DNA of 64,000 bases from NCBI GenBank assembly GCA_965250285.1, contig OZ252299.1:5536001-5600000 (forward strand), read 5' to 3'. Shown here piece by piece: positions 18,200 to 27,556 of this stretch; position 1 is the stretch's first letter; every line of letters starts with the position of its first letter. The notes beneath the pieces were generated by a model. That model worked only from the letters and a program-made list of their open reading frames with translations, made no database searches and was not told the DNA's origin. This DNA is from Myxococcota bacterium (GTDB lineage: Bacteria; Myxococcota_A; UBA9160; UBA4427). Made by a program: the position numbers and the translations under genes.

Positions 18200-19930
18200 G
18201 TGACTGCCGACGTGTCGAAGCGACGAGCTGGAGCGCTTGGTTGTCTTCTGGTGCTCGTCGCGGCGCTGCTCGCGGCGGGCTGCCGAACGCGGAGCGAAGG
18301 GGGCGAAGAGCGGCCGCCTCGGCTCGTGGTGGTGATCGCCATCGATCAGGGGATCCCCGAGCGGCTCGACCCGTCGCTGCCCGGGGGCCTCGGCCGTCTG
18401 GCGCGCGAGGGGCGGGTCTTCACAGACGCCGCCCACGAGCACGCCCGCACCGAAACGTGCCCGGGCCACGTCGTCATGCTGACCGGCATGCAGCCGGGTC
18501 GGGCCGGCATCCCCGGCAACCGGTTCATCGTGAACGGCACCCGCGAGGTGCGGTACTGCGTACAGGAGGACGGGCCCGACGGGCGCCTGCTCGTGTACGA
18601 AGACGGCTTCGACGTGCAGGGCGGCGCGGCCGACGCACCCCACGCGACCCCGCCCGGCGCCGGTCGCTCGCCGCGCCAGATTCGCGCCGACGCGCTCGGC
18701 GACTGGATGAAGACGCGCTGGCCGGAGGCGAAGGTCTTCAGCGTGTCGGCGAAGGATCGCGCCGCCATCGCGCTCGGCGGTCAGGCCCCCGACGCGGCCT
18801 ACTGGCTCGACCGGAGCGGCTCGGGGGCATTCACGACCAGTCGCTACTACATGCCAAGCCTGCCCGTCTGGGTGTCGACCTGGGCGCGGGTGCGCGTGCT
18901 GCAGGGCCTGCCCGCCGACTGGGACTATCGCCAGCTCGAGTTTCCGCCGACGATCCGCGAAGACGATGATCCCTACGAGAGCGACCGCTTCAGCCGGGTC
19001 GCGCCGCATCCGGTCGTGAGCTCCGACCCCGAGCAGAGATCGCTCGGGCCGGTCGAGGTCTCGCCCTGGCTCGACACCAAGACCCTCGACTTCGCCCTCG
19101 AGCTCGCCGAGCGCGAAGGGCTCGGCAGTGACGCGACGCCCGACCTGCTCGCCGTGTCGCTCTCGGGCACCGACATCATCGGACACCACTACGGTCCGTA
19201 CAGCCAGGAGGCGTGGGCGGCGATTCGCCGGCTCGACGACGACCTCGACGGCTTCATCCGCGAGATGAAGCGCCGCGCCGGGCGCGACGAGCTGCTCGTC
19301 GTGTTGAGCTCGGATCACGGCGTGCTGCCCGTGCCCGAGCACTGGGCCCGCTACGGCGGTGAAGATGCGCCGTGCCCGATCGAGGGGGGCCGGATCCGCC
19401 CCGAAGATCTCGAGCAGCCGATGCGCGACGTGCTGATCGGCGCGTTCGGCGAGGCGGGCGACGCGCTCTGGGTGCGCGACGACTACACCTTCGGGTTCGA
19501 CGCCGAGGGGCTCGAGCGCGAGGGCATCGAGCTCGCGCACGCGATTCGGGTGGCCCGCGTGGCGCTCGAGGCGTCGCCGGCCATCACGCGCACGTGGACA
19601 CGGCCCGAGCTGATGACGCGACAGGCCGACACCGATCCCTACGCGCAGCTCTATCGCAATCAGCTCGCCGAGGGCCGCGGCGGTGACCTCTTCGCCCAGC
19701 CTGTGCGCGGCTGCCTGGTGACGCACTGGACGACGGGCACCAGCCACGGCTCGCCCCACGACTACGACCTCGACGTGCCGCTCGTGTTCTGGGGGCGGGG
19801 CGTCGAGCGCGGCTCGGTGCCCGGGCGGGCCGCGCCGGTCGACATCGCGCCGACGTTGGCCGAAGCCATCGGTCTCGATCTGCCGACGGGGCTCGACGGG
19901 CGCCCGCTGCCGCTCGTCGACGCGCGCTAG
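18200..19930 (+). CDS. Alkaline phosphatase superfamily (PafA/nucleotide pyrophosphatase-like) lipoprotein
   Basis: IAIDQ, TETCPGH (Thr nucleophile), KDRAAI, DIIGHHYGP, SSDHG and GTSHGSPHDYD motifs. Lipobox LAAGC. Confidence 0.88.
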   Translation: MTADVSKRRAGALGCLLVLVAALLAAGCRTRSEGGEERPPRLVVVIAIDQGIPERLDPSLPGGLGRLAREGRVFTDAAHEHARTETCPGHVVMLTGMQPGRAGIPGNRFIVNGTREVRYCVQEDGPDGRLLVYEDGFDVQGGAADAPHATPPGAGRSPRQIRADALGDWMKTRWPEAKVFSVSAKDRAAIALGGQAPDAAYWLDRSGSGAFTTSRYYMPSLPVWVSTWARVRVLQGLPADWDYRQLEFPPTIREDDDPYESDRFSRVAPHPVVSSDPEQRSLGPVEVSPWLDTKTLDFALELAEREGLGSDATPDLLAVSLSGTDIIGHHYGPYSQEAWAAIRRLDDDLDGFIREMKRRAGRDELLVVLSSDHGVLPVPEHWARYGGEDAPCPIEGGRIRPEDLEQPMRDVLIGAFGEAGDALWVRDDYTFGFDAEGLEREGIELAHAIRVARVALEASPAITRTWTRPELMTRQADTDPYAQLYRNQLAEGRGGDLFAQPVRGCLVTHWTTGTSHGSPHDYDLDVPLVFWGRGVERGSVPGRAAPVDIAPTLAEAIGLDLPTGLDGRPLPLVDAR

Positions 19931-20030
19931 CCACGCTGCTCGCCGACATGGGCTCGTTGCGTCGCTCGCCAGAACGCGCGCGCGAGCGGCGCCGCTCAAG
20001 GCGGCCCGCTGATCCACCGATCCAGGGGGC

Positions 20031-20189
20031 ATGGCCAAGCACGAAGTCGTCTGTCCGATCTGCTCCGCCGACGTCCCTCTCGCGGGGGACGAAGCGCGCG
20101 ACGAAGAGGTCTTCTGCGGGGTCTGCGGCGCCACGCTCAAGCTGACGGCGCCGGCCTCGGACGACGACTGCGAGGCCGAGGAAGACTGA
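20031..20189 (+). CDS. LysW-like zinc-ribbon small protein (52 aa, not in the ORF track)
   Basis: MAKHEVVCPICSADVPLAGDEARDEEVFCGVCGATLKLTAPASDDDCEAEED* has two CxxC motifs and an acidic tail. AGGGGG RBS. Confidence 0.75.
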   Translation: MAKHEVVCPICSADVPLAGDEARDEEVFCGVCGATLKLTAPASDDDCEAEED

Positions 20190-20227
20190 GCCGAACCCGT
20201 CGCCCGCGAGGGCCGCGTGCGCAGGCC

Positions 20228-20308
20228 GGTCGTCTAGCCCGCGGAGCGCGGCAGCGTTGCTTCGAGGTCGTCTAGCCCGCGTAGCGCGGCAACGACGCTT
20301 CGAGGTCG
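20228..20308 (-). repeat. 38-bp diverged tandem duplication of the rmlC 3' end including its stop
   Basis: The gene ends [11 protein letters not shown], and the downstream copy encodes DLEATLPRSAG*. Confidence 0.9.
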
Positions 20309-20826
20309 GCCAGCGGCGCCGCCTCGGCATCGCGCGCCGAGAGCGTCGGCGCTTCGATCGGCCAGTCGATGCCGATGGCCGGATCATCCCAGCGCACGAC
20401 CAGCTCACAATCGGGCGCGTACAGGTCGCTGCACTTGTACTCGAAGTCGGCGAACTCGCTCGTCACCGCGAAGCCGTGGGCGAAGCCCGCGGGCACGTAG
20501 AGCTGATGCTGATTCTCGGCGGTCAGCTCGGCGCCGACCCACTGCCCGAAATGCGGTGAGCCGACCCGAACGTCGACGGCGACGTCGAAGACCGAGCCCT
20601 GCAGCACGCGCACGAGCTTGGCCTGGGCCTTTGGATGCTGCAGGTGCAGGCCGCGCAGCGTGCCGGCGGCCGAGCGCGAGTGATTGTCCTGCACGAAACG
20701 CGCGTCGAGGCCGGCTTTGGCGTAGCGCTCGGCGTGATACGTCTCGATGAAGAAGCCGCGGGGGTCGCGGTGGACGTCGGGCTTCACGAGCACGACGCCC
20801 GGCAGGCGCGTCTCTTCGACCTTCAC
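20272..20826 (-). CDS. rmlC: dTDP-4-dehydrorhamnose 3,5-epimerase
   Basis: [28 protein letters not shown] and GFAHGF motifs. Confidence 0.96.
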   Translation of the reverse strand: MKVEETRLPGVVLVKPDVHRDPRGFFIETYHAERYAKAGLDARFVQDNHSRSAAGTLRGLHLQHPKAQAKLVRVLQGSVFDVAVDVRVGSPHFGQWVGAELTAENQHQLYVPAGFAHGFAVTSEFADFEYKCSDLYAPDCELVVRWDDPAIGIDWPIEAPTLSARDAEAAPLADLEASLPRYAG

Positions 20827-21707
20827 GGCGGTGATCCGTCGAGGCCTTCGGCGAGGCGCCAGAGATAGTCACCGTAGGCGTTCTTGCGCATCGGCTCGGC
20901 CAGCGCGCGCAGCGCGGCGGCGTCGATCCAGCCCTTGCGATAGGCGATCTCTTCAACGCACGAGATCTTGAGACCCTGGCGCTCCTGGATCGTCTGGATG
21001 AATGCTGACGCCTGATGCAGCGACTCGTGGGTGCCGGTGTCGAGCCACGCCGTGCCGCGCCCGAGCAGCTCGACGTGAAGGTCGCCGCGCTCGAGATAGG
21101 CGAGGTTCACGTCGGTGATCTCGAGCTCGCCGCGATCGCTCGGAGCGAGGCGCCGCGCGATGTCGACGACGTCGGCGTCGTAGAAGTAGAGCCCGGTCAC
21201 CGCGTAGGGTGACCTCGGCTTGTCGGGCTTCTCTTCGATCGTCTCGGCGCGCCCGTCTGCGTCGAAGCTCACCACGCCGTAGCGCTCCGGGTCCTTGACC
21301 TGGTAGCCGAACACCGTGGCGCCCTGCTTGCGGTCGGCGGCGCGCTTGAGTGACTCGACGAAGCCGTGGCCGTAGAAGACGTTGTCGCCGAGGGCGAGGG
21401 CGACGGGGTCGTGGCCCACGAACCCGGCGCCGATCAGGAAGGCCTGGGCGATGCCCTCGGGCGCCTCCTGGGTGGCGTACTGCAGGTCGACGCCGATTTG
21501 CGAGCCGTCGCCGAGCATGCGGCGGAAGGGCTCCTGATCGTGGGGTGTCGTGATGATGAGAATGTCGCGGATGCCCGCCAGCATCAGCGTCGCCAGCGGG
21601 TAGTAGATCATCGGCTTGTCGTAGAGCGGCAACAGCTGCTTGCTCACGCCCTTCGTGATCGGGTAGAGGCGCGTCCCCGATCCACCTGCCAGGATGATGC
21701 CCTTCAT
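20823..21707 (-). CDS. rmlA: Glucose-1-phosphate thymidylyltransferase
   Basis: [36 protein letters not shown] and WLDTGT motifs. Confidence 0.97.
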   Translation of the reverse strand: MKGIILAGGSGTRLYPITKGVSKQLLPLYDKPMIYYPLATLMLAGIRDILIITTPHDQEPFRRMLGDGSQIGVDLQYATQEAPEGIAQAFLIGAGFVGHDPVALALGDNVFYGHGFVESLKRAADRKQGATVFGYQVKDPERYGVVSFDADGRAETIEEKPDKPRSPYAVTGLYFYDADVVDIARRLAPSDRGELEITDVNLAYLERGDLHVELLGRGTAWLDTGTHESLHQASAFIQTIQERQGLKISCVEEIAYRKGWIDAAALRALAEPMRKNAYGDYLWRLAEGLDGSPP

Positions 21708-21714
21708 CTGCGCC

Positions 21715-21774
21715 CTCTCGAGGCCCTGGTGTGACGGTGCCCCGGTGCTCTCGAGGCGATGGTGTGAAGGCGCC
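21715..21774. repeat. 27-bp diverged direct repeat (period 33) covering the rmlA RBS region
   Basis: CTCTCGAGGCCCTGGTGTGACGGTGCC at 21715 versus CTCTCGAGGCGATGGTGTGAAGGCGCC at 21748. Confidence 0.8.
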
Positions 21775-21967
21775 TCGAGCCCCTCGATCGCGAGAGGGCA
21801 GGCAAGCTAGGTCATTTTCGGGGGGTGTGCGGCGTCGGCGCCTGGCGCGCCGCGCGGCACGGAAGCCGGCCGCCGGAGCGCGCCGGAGCCGGTTCCGCTG
21901 ATGCGCTCGGGTCGGTGCGGCGCGCGGCCGGCCGTCCCCGAGGTCGTTTCGATCGTTGTGCCTCGCT

Positions 21968-22204
21968 TCAGCCGACCATGCGGTGGATCGGCGTGTCGCG
22001 GAAGTTGCCGATCAGCTTGACCCTGCCGGTCTCGAGCATGTGGAAGACGGTGGCGATGATCTCCTGCTCGTCGTCGGTGACGTCGGCGACGGCTTCGACG
22101 AGCTCGAGCAGCGTGAGATGCTGGGGCTCTTCGTGTGCAATCGGCTCGACGTCGTACATGGTGGGACTGTGCTCCACATGGATCCGATGAACCTTCGCTG
22201 CCAT
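21968..22204 (-). CDS. Small hypothetical protein (78 aa)
   Basis: Strong AGAGGGAGGG RBS and a LTLLELVEAV...ATVFHML..GRVKLIGNF helical core. Confidence 0.75.
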   Translation of the reverse strand: MAAKVHRIHVEHSPTMYDVEPIAHEEPQHLTLLELVEAVADVTDDEQEIIATVFHMLETGRVKLIGNFRDTPIHRMVG

Positions 22205-22341
22205 GACACCCTCCCTCTCTTCGTCCCGGTCGCGCGACTTCGATGTCGTCGCGCCTGCCGGGTGTCTCCAGTCTTCGGGTTGCCTCTGTCTCTTATCGGC
22301 CGCCCCGTGCGGCTGGGTTGACTTCCGATGACCTTTTGAGA

Positions 22342-22358
22342 TGCATCAAGCGTGCCCA
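22342..22358 (-). promoter_or_regulatory. Putative sigma54 (-24/-12) promoter for the 78-aa gene
   Basis: Minus strand reads TGGGCACGCTTGATGCA, which has GG-N10-GC spacing with GGCACG. Confidence 0.55.
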
Positions 22359-22549
22359 TCCCGTGGGAATCTCACTGGAACGAGCTGGTACGGAGATCCG
22401 GGCACTTGGCGCATTGGGCGCATGTGATCGAGCGCTCAAAATCCCGCTCGAGTGACGAATTTGGGACGCCGCCTGTCGGATTTCGTTCGTGTGTGGCGAT
22501 CCCCTCGCTCGAGGCGCTGAGCGGCTCGAGAGCGCGAATTCAGCGGGAT

Positions 22550-24079
22550 TCAGACGCCGCCGTCGGCCCACCTTCCGGCGCCCTCGTCGCGGTAGGCGAG
22601 CGCCTCGGCCATGTGGGGCTCGCCGAGGCGGGTGACGCCTTCGAGATCGGCCACGGTGCGCGCCACGCGCAGACAGCGCCGGGCGGCGCGGGCCGACAGC
22701 CCCAGCCCATCGACGGCGCGGGCGAGCAGCCGACGCGCCGCCGGCTCGGTTGCAACCGAGGCTTCGAGGTCGCGGTCGACCAGCCGGGCGTTCACGCAGC
22801 CCGCGCGCTCGAGCTGGCGGCTGCGGGCGCCCTCGACGACGGCGCGCAGCTGCCTGGTGCTTGTGCCGCGGGTGCCCGTATCGAGCGCACGCCAGCGCAC
22901 CGGCGGGACCGCCACATGCAGGTCGATTCGGTCGAGCAGGGGGCCCGAGAGCCGGCGGCGGTAGCGCGCGATGGCGGCGTCGTCGCAGCGGCAGTCGCGC
23001 ACACCACTTCGGTGGAACCCGCACGGGCAAGGGTTCGCGGCGGCCACCAACATGAAATCGGCCGGCAGACGTGTGAGCCCTTCGGCGCGCGCGATCTGGA
23101 TCTCGCGTTCTTCGATCACCTGGCGGAGCGCCTCGAGACAGCGGCGGTCGAACTCGGGCAGCTCGTCGAGAAAGAGCACGCCGTGGTGTGCGAGCGAGAT
23201 CTCGCCCGCGTGGACCGGGCGCCCGCCGCCGAGCAGGCCCGCGCTGCTCGCCGTGTGATGGGGCGCGCGAAACGGTCGCTCGACGAGCAGCGGCCGATCG
23301 GGTGGGAGCAGACCGGCGCTGCCGTGGATGCGACTCGCTTCGATCGCCTCGGTGCGGGCCAGCGGCGGCAAGAGCCCGGGCAGGCGCTTCGCGAGCATCG
23401 TCTTGCCCGCCCCCGGCGCGCCGTGCAGGAAGAGTCCGTGCCCGCCCGCGGCGGCGATGACGAGCGCGCGCTTGGCGTGCTCCTGGCCTCGAATCTCGGA
23501 GAGGCACGGGCCCGGATCACGCGATTCGCTCGTGTCTTCGAGGGGTTCGAGCTCGACGCGGTCGAGCGCTTCGCCCCCGAGCAGATACGCGACCACGTTC
23601 GCAAGGTGCGGTGCTGCGCGGATCGCGACCCGGGCACCGGCGGCCGCCTGGCGCGCGCATGCGGCACCGATCACCAGCTCGCGCGCGCCGGTCGCCTCGA
23701 GGGCCAGCGCGAGGGCGAGGGCACCGGGGACAGGCCGGACCCGCCCATCGAGCGCGAGCTCGCCCACGAACGCCCGCCCTTCGACCGCATCGCTCGGAAT
23801 CTCGCCCGCGGCCGCCAGGATGCCGACCGCGATCGCGAGGTCGAGACCGGCGCCGCCCTTTCGGAGCGACGCCGGCGCCAGGTTGACGGTGACGCGGCGG
23901 TCGGGAAAGCGCCGATCGATCGCGCGGATCGCGGAGCGAACCCGGGCCGCGCTCTCGCGCACCGAAGCTTCGGCGAGACCGACGATGTCGATGCGCGGCA
24001 GCTGACTGCTGAGAACGACCTCCACTTCGACGGGCACCCCGTCGATGCCATGCAGAGCGGCGCTCGTGACCCGCGACAT
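22550..24079 (-). CDS. comM: YifB/ComM Mg-chelatase-like AAA+ ATPase
   Basis: VTVNLAPA, GELALDG, GAPGAGKTMLA, RPFRAPHH, LFLDELPEF and NPCPCG motifs. Confidence 0.93.
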   Translation of the reverse strand: MSRVTSAALHGIDGVPVEVEVVLSSQLPRIDIVGLAEASVRESAARVRSAIRAIDRRFPDRRVTVNLAPASLRKGGAGLDLAIAVGILAAAGEIPSDAVEGRAFVGELALDGRVRPVPGALALALALEATGARELVIGAACARQAAAGARVAIRAAPHLANVVAYLLGGEALDRVELEPLEDTSESRDPGPCLSEIRGQEHAKRALVIAAAGGHGLFLHGAPGAGKTMLAKRLPGLLPPLARTEAIEASRIHGSAGLLPPDRPLLVERPFRAPHHTASSAGLLGGGRPVHAGEISLAHHGVLFLDELPEFDRRCLEALRQVIEEREIQIARAEGLTRLPADFMLVAAANPCPCGFHRSGVRDCRCDDAAIARYRRRLSGPLLDRIDLHVAVPPVRWRALDTGTRGTSTRQLRAVVEGARSRQLERAGCVNARLVDRDLEASVATEPAARRLLARAVDGLGLSARAARRCLRVARTVADLEGVTRLGEPHMAEALAYRDEGAGRWADGGV

Positions 24080-24809
24080 CACGCGCCCGCCCGCTGGGTT
24101 CGCGGCGCCAGCGCGTGTGACGCGCGTTGGCGAGACGAACGAGAAACGGTGACGCGCGTCGCCAGGCTGCGGCGCGCCGCGCTCGAAGAGAACGAAACGA
24201 ATGAGAAGGACAGAGCCTGGGGTCCCCGGGACCGGGGAGCGAGCGCCAGGGTGGGGGGCTCGCAGGACCGCATCGAAGGGGGGCGTTCGTGCCGGGATGC
24301 GGATGGAACTGAAGGCAGGGCCCCCAGGGAGAGGCCCTGCCTTCATCGACTTTTGATAAGCCCCGCGAGGAGCGGGCCTGTCAGACGGGATGTGGCTCGT
24401 TTCTGGAGCATGTGTCACTGAAATTGCGCAGAAGCCGAAAGAAACACCAAGGTGTGAGAAAAGGGGACGCGGGCGCGTTAGCTTCGCGGCCTCGGGGGTG
24501 AGACCACAAGTGCGAGCTTCGAGGAGGCGCAGGCGATCCCGTCGGGGACGCTCGGCCGGCCGAGGACCGGGCCCCGCTCAGGCGTCGCGCCCGACTGGCG
24601 AGAGCGGCAGCGAGCCTGGCGGAGAGCGTGGCAGCGAGCGCTCGGGCGACCCGATTCGCCCGCTGCGACCCGCGCTCGCCGGGCGCTCGGCGGCGCAGCC
24701 CGCGTCGTCGCCGCGTCTGCGTGCGCGCGCAGACGCAGGGCCGGGGCACGGCCCGGCGACCCCCGCGCCGCGACCGGGCCGCCGCGCGTTTCGAATCGGC
24801 GGCCTCGTG

Positions 24810-25940
24810 ATGGCCGGGCTGCTGCTCGCACTGGCCTGTCAGAACCGCGACGCCCGGCAGCCGGCTGATCTCTCGTCGCATGCGTCGATCGAAGCGATGA
24901 GCGCCGTGGCGTTCGACGGCGCCCGCGCGACCGAAGACCTCGAACGGCTCGAAGCGCTGGACGCCGCGGGGGGCCCCGATCGCAACCCGGGCAAGGCCCG
25001 AGCGCTGATCCGGCGCGCCGTGAAGCGCGCGGGCTTCGAGGTCGAATACGTCGAGACGCCGCTTGCGCTCGACGCTTCGGTCACGGGCGCCCAAGTCGAG
25101 CCGCAGACCCTCACGCATGTCGTCGCGCGCCGCGAAGGCGGCTCGACCGACGTGATCCTGCTCGTCGCACCCTATGACACGCCCGCCCCGCCGGCGCTGG
25201 GACCGTCGGCTTCGGGGGCGAGCGTGCTGGTCGAGCTCGCCCGCCTCGACGAGGCGGTGCGCGATGCCATCGGCGATCAGCCCTTCACCCTCGTCCTCGC
25301 CTTCGTCGAGGGCGATGCGCTCGGCGACGAAGCATCACGCGACGACCCGCGCCGCGCGTATCCGGGCACGGCGGCGTTCGCGCGCGGCTGGCTCGAAGCG
25401 CATCCGGGTGAGGACGTGCGGCTCGCGGTGTGGATCGACCGGGTCGGTGCACCCCAGGTCGAGATCGCGCGTGACCTGCACTCGAATCGTGCCTACCGCG
25501 AGACGTTCTTCAGCGTCGGCGAGCAGCGCGAGCTGCAGCCGACGTTCATTGCCGCGCGGCCGCTCTCGGCGCCGCCCGGTGGGCACCTCGCGCTGCAGGC
25601 CGAGGGCTTCTCGCCGGTCGTCGCGCTGATCGGCGAACCCACCCCGGCCACGCTGGCCGGCGCACCCCGCGGCGCGGCCGCCGGCGCGCCGCGGCTGGCG
25701 AGCCCGACGAGCCTGGCCGCGGTCGGCGAGGCCACCTGGTGGGGGATCGTCGAGATCTCCGATCGGCTCGCGCGCATCGATGCGTTCCGGGTCGATCCCC
25801 TCGGCGGGGGCCCCGGCTCGCTCGAGCTGCCCGGCGCGAACGAGCCGATCCGCCCGAATTCGACGGGCGAGGCGGCCGACGCCGTGGAGCCCGGGCCGAG
25901 CGCCTCGGCCAGCGACGACGCGCCGGCCTCGCCCCGCTAA
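24810..25940 (+). CDS. M28 peptidase-fold lipoprotein with degenerate metal ligands
   Basis: FDGARA, ILLVAPYDT, SASGASVLVELAR, LAFVEGD and IDRVG match the M28 scaffold. Lipobox LALAC. Start uncertain. Confidence 0.65.
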   Translation: MAGLLLALACQNRDARQPADLSSHASIEAMSAVAFDGARATEDLERLEALDAAGGPDRNPGKARALIRRAVKRAGFEVEYVETPLALDASVTGAQVEPQTLTHVVARREGGSTDVILLVAPYDTPAPPALGPSASGASVLVELARLDEAVRDAIGDQPFTLVLAFVEGDALGDEASRDDPRRAYPGTAAFARGWLEAHPGEDVRLAVWIDRVGAPQVEIARDLHSNRAYRETFFSVGEQRELQPTFIAARPLSAPPGGHLALQAEGFSPVVALIGEPTPATLAGAPRGAAAGAPRLASPTSLAAVGEATWWGIVEISDRLARIDAFRVDPLGGGPGSLELPGANEPIRPNSTGEAADAVEPGPSASASDDAPASPR

Positions 25941-25992
25941 CGCCCCGCGCATCACCGCCGCATCTCGGCCGCGGCCTGGGCCGCGCTGTGGG

Positions 25993-26060
25993 GCCCGAGT
26001 TGCCGATCGTCGGGCGTCGCGCCGGGCAGCCCGAGGTGCCGATCGTCGGGCGCCGCGCCG
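25993..26060. repeat. Intergenic 36-bp-period direct repeat (2 copies)
   Basis: GCCCGAG(T/G)TGCCGATCGTCGGGCG(T/C)CGCGCCG at 25993 and 26029. Confidence 0.85.
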
Positions 26061-26173
26061 AGAGGCGGTGAGGCGACTATGTTTGTCGCCCTCTCTCGCT
26101 GCGCCAGCCTCGGCGGCGCTCGCACCTGGACACCGCCCTGCCGCTCTCACGACTCCATTCCGCCCGGCGACCC

Positions 26174-27556
26174 GTGTCGCGTCGCACGCCCCGGCGCGGC
26201 CGCGTGCCCGGGTTCTGGGCACGGCTCTCCATCGGCGTGTGCACGAGCGTGTGCGTGGGTCTGGGCGGAGCAGCCTGGGGGCAGACGCCCGAAGCGCCTG
26301 TCGCGTCACCCGAAGCGCCTGTGGCATCGCCCGAAGCGCCCGCGGCGTCCCCGGAGAAGGCCCCGGTGACGATTCGCATCGCCTACCCCGACCCGGGCGC
26401 CACCGTGCAGGGTCGCACCACGATGGCGCCGGTGCGCGGCGAGGTGCAGTCGGGGTCGGGTGAGACGACCGACTTCGACGTGTTGCTCGCGATCGACGTG
26501 TCGCACTCGACGCGGTTCCCGAGTGGCATCGACGTCGACAGCGATGGCGACACGGGCTTCAACCCGAAGATGGAGCTCGTTGCGCCGGGCACCTATCCCG
26601 AGGACATGGTGTGTACCGACGCCGACGACACCATTCTCGCGGCCGAGATCGAGGCGTCGCGCCAGCTGCTCGAGGTGCTCGATCCCGAGCGTACGCGGGT
26701 CGGTGTGATCGTCTTCTCGGGGGCCGTCGACCCCGAGACGGGCAAGCGGGTCGCGAGCGACCAGCGCGATGCGCTGGTCAAGGCACCGCTCACGAACGAC
26801 TTCGAGCATGTGCGCGACGTGCTCGAGCAGGTGCTCGACGAGGGTTCGTACGGTGCGACGAACTTCGCGGCGGCGCTGCAGCTCGGCGTGATCGAGCTCG
26901 CGGGCCTGTCACGCAGCTACAGCGAGCCCCGGCCCGAAGCGCGCAAGGTGATGCTCTTTCTGACCGACGGCGTGCCGACGTTCCCGTTCGGCAAGGGCGC
27001 GAGCGCCGATCCCGAAGACACCGAGGCGGCGATCAACGCGGCGCGGCTCGCGCGGCGCGCGGGCATCACCGTCAACGCGTTCGCGCTCGGTCGGCACGCG
27101 CTCACGAAGCCGCTGGCGTTGACCGAGATCGCGCGCATCACCCGGGGCACGTTCACGCCCGTGCTGAACCCGGGCGACATCACGACGTTCTTGCAGGGCA
27201 TCACCTTCGCGAACGTCGATGACGTGATCGTGACGAACCTGACGACGGGCGACGTCAGCTTCGACGTGCAGCTCGCACCCGACGGATCGTTCACGGGCAT
27301 CGTGCCCGTGCGCATCGGTGAGAATCGCATCGAGGTCGCGGCGCTCGCGAGCGATGGCGGCGAGGCGCGGATCGAGCTCGACTTCACGTTCGAGGAGTCG
27401 GGGCTGACCGAGCGCGAGCTGGCGCTCGAGCTCGAGCGCATCCGCAACCGAAACAAGGCATTGATGCGACTGATCGAGCAGCAGCGCATCGAAGCGTTCC
27501 GCGAGCGACAGAAGAAGCGCGTCGAGATCGAGGTCGAGGAGCGCGAAGGACAATGA
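26174..27556 (+). CDS. Secreted VWA-domain protein
   Basis: MIDAS DVSHS, ATNF and LFLTDG motifs. Signal peptide, then three PEAP(V/A)AS repeats (21 bp, 26288-26350). Confidence 0.85.
   Translation: MSRRTPRRGRVPGFWARLSIGVCTSVCVGLGGAAWGQTPEAPVASPEAPVASPEAPAASPEKAPVTIRIAYPDPGATVQGRTTMAPVRGEVQSGSGETTDFDVLLAIDVSHSTRFPSGIDVDSDGDTGFNPKMELVAPGTYPEDMVCTDADDTILAAEIEASRQLLEVLDPERTRVGVIVFSGAVDPETGKRVASDQRDALVKAPLTNDFEHVRDVLEQVLDEGSYGATNFAAALQLGVIELAGLSRSYSEPRPEARKVMLFLTDGVPTFPFGKGASADPEDTEAAINAARLARRAGITVNAFALGRHALTKPLALTEIARITRGTFTPVLNPGDITTFLQGITFANVDDVIVTNLTTGDVSFDVQLAPDGSFTGIVPVRIGENRIEVAALASDGGEARIELDFTFEESGLTERELALELERIRNRNKALMRLIEQQRIEAFRERQKKRVEIEVEEREGQ

Noticed and set aside
20187..20240. Selenocysteine or recoded TGA in the LysW-like gene
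   Set aside because: No convincing SECIS hairpin is present, the position is not a Cys site, and TGA is the ordinary stop for many genes here.
20228..20308. Diversity-generating retroelement VR/TR pair (also 5124-5239)
   Set aside because: The differences are not confined to adenines, the repeats are too short, and no reverse transcriptase is present.
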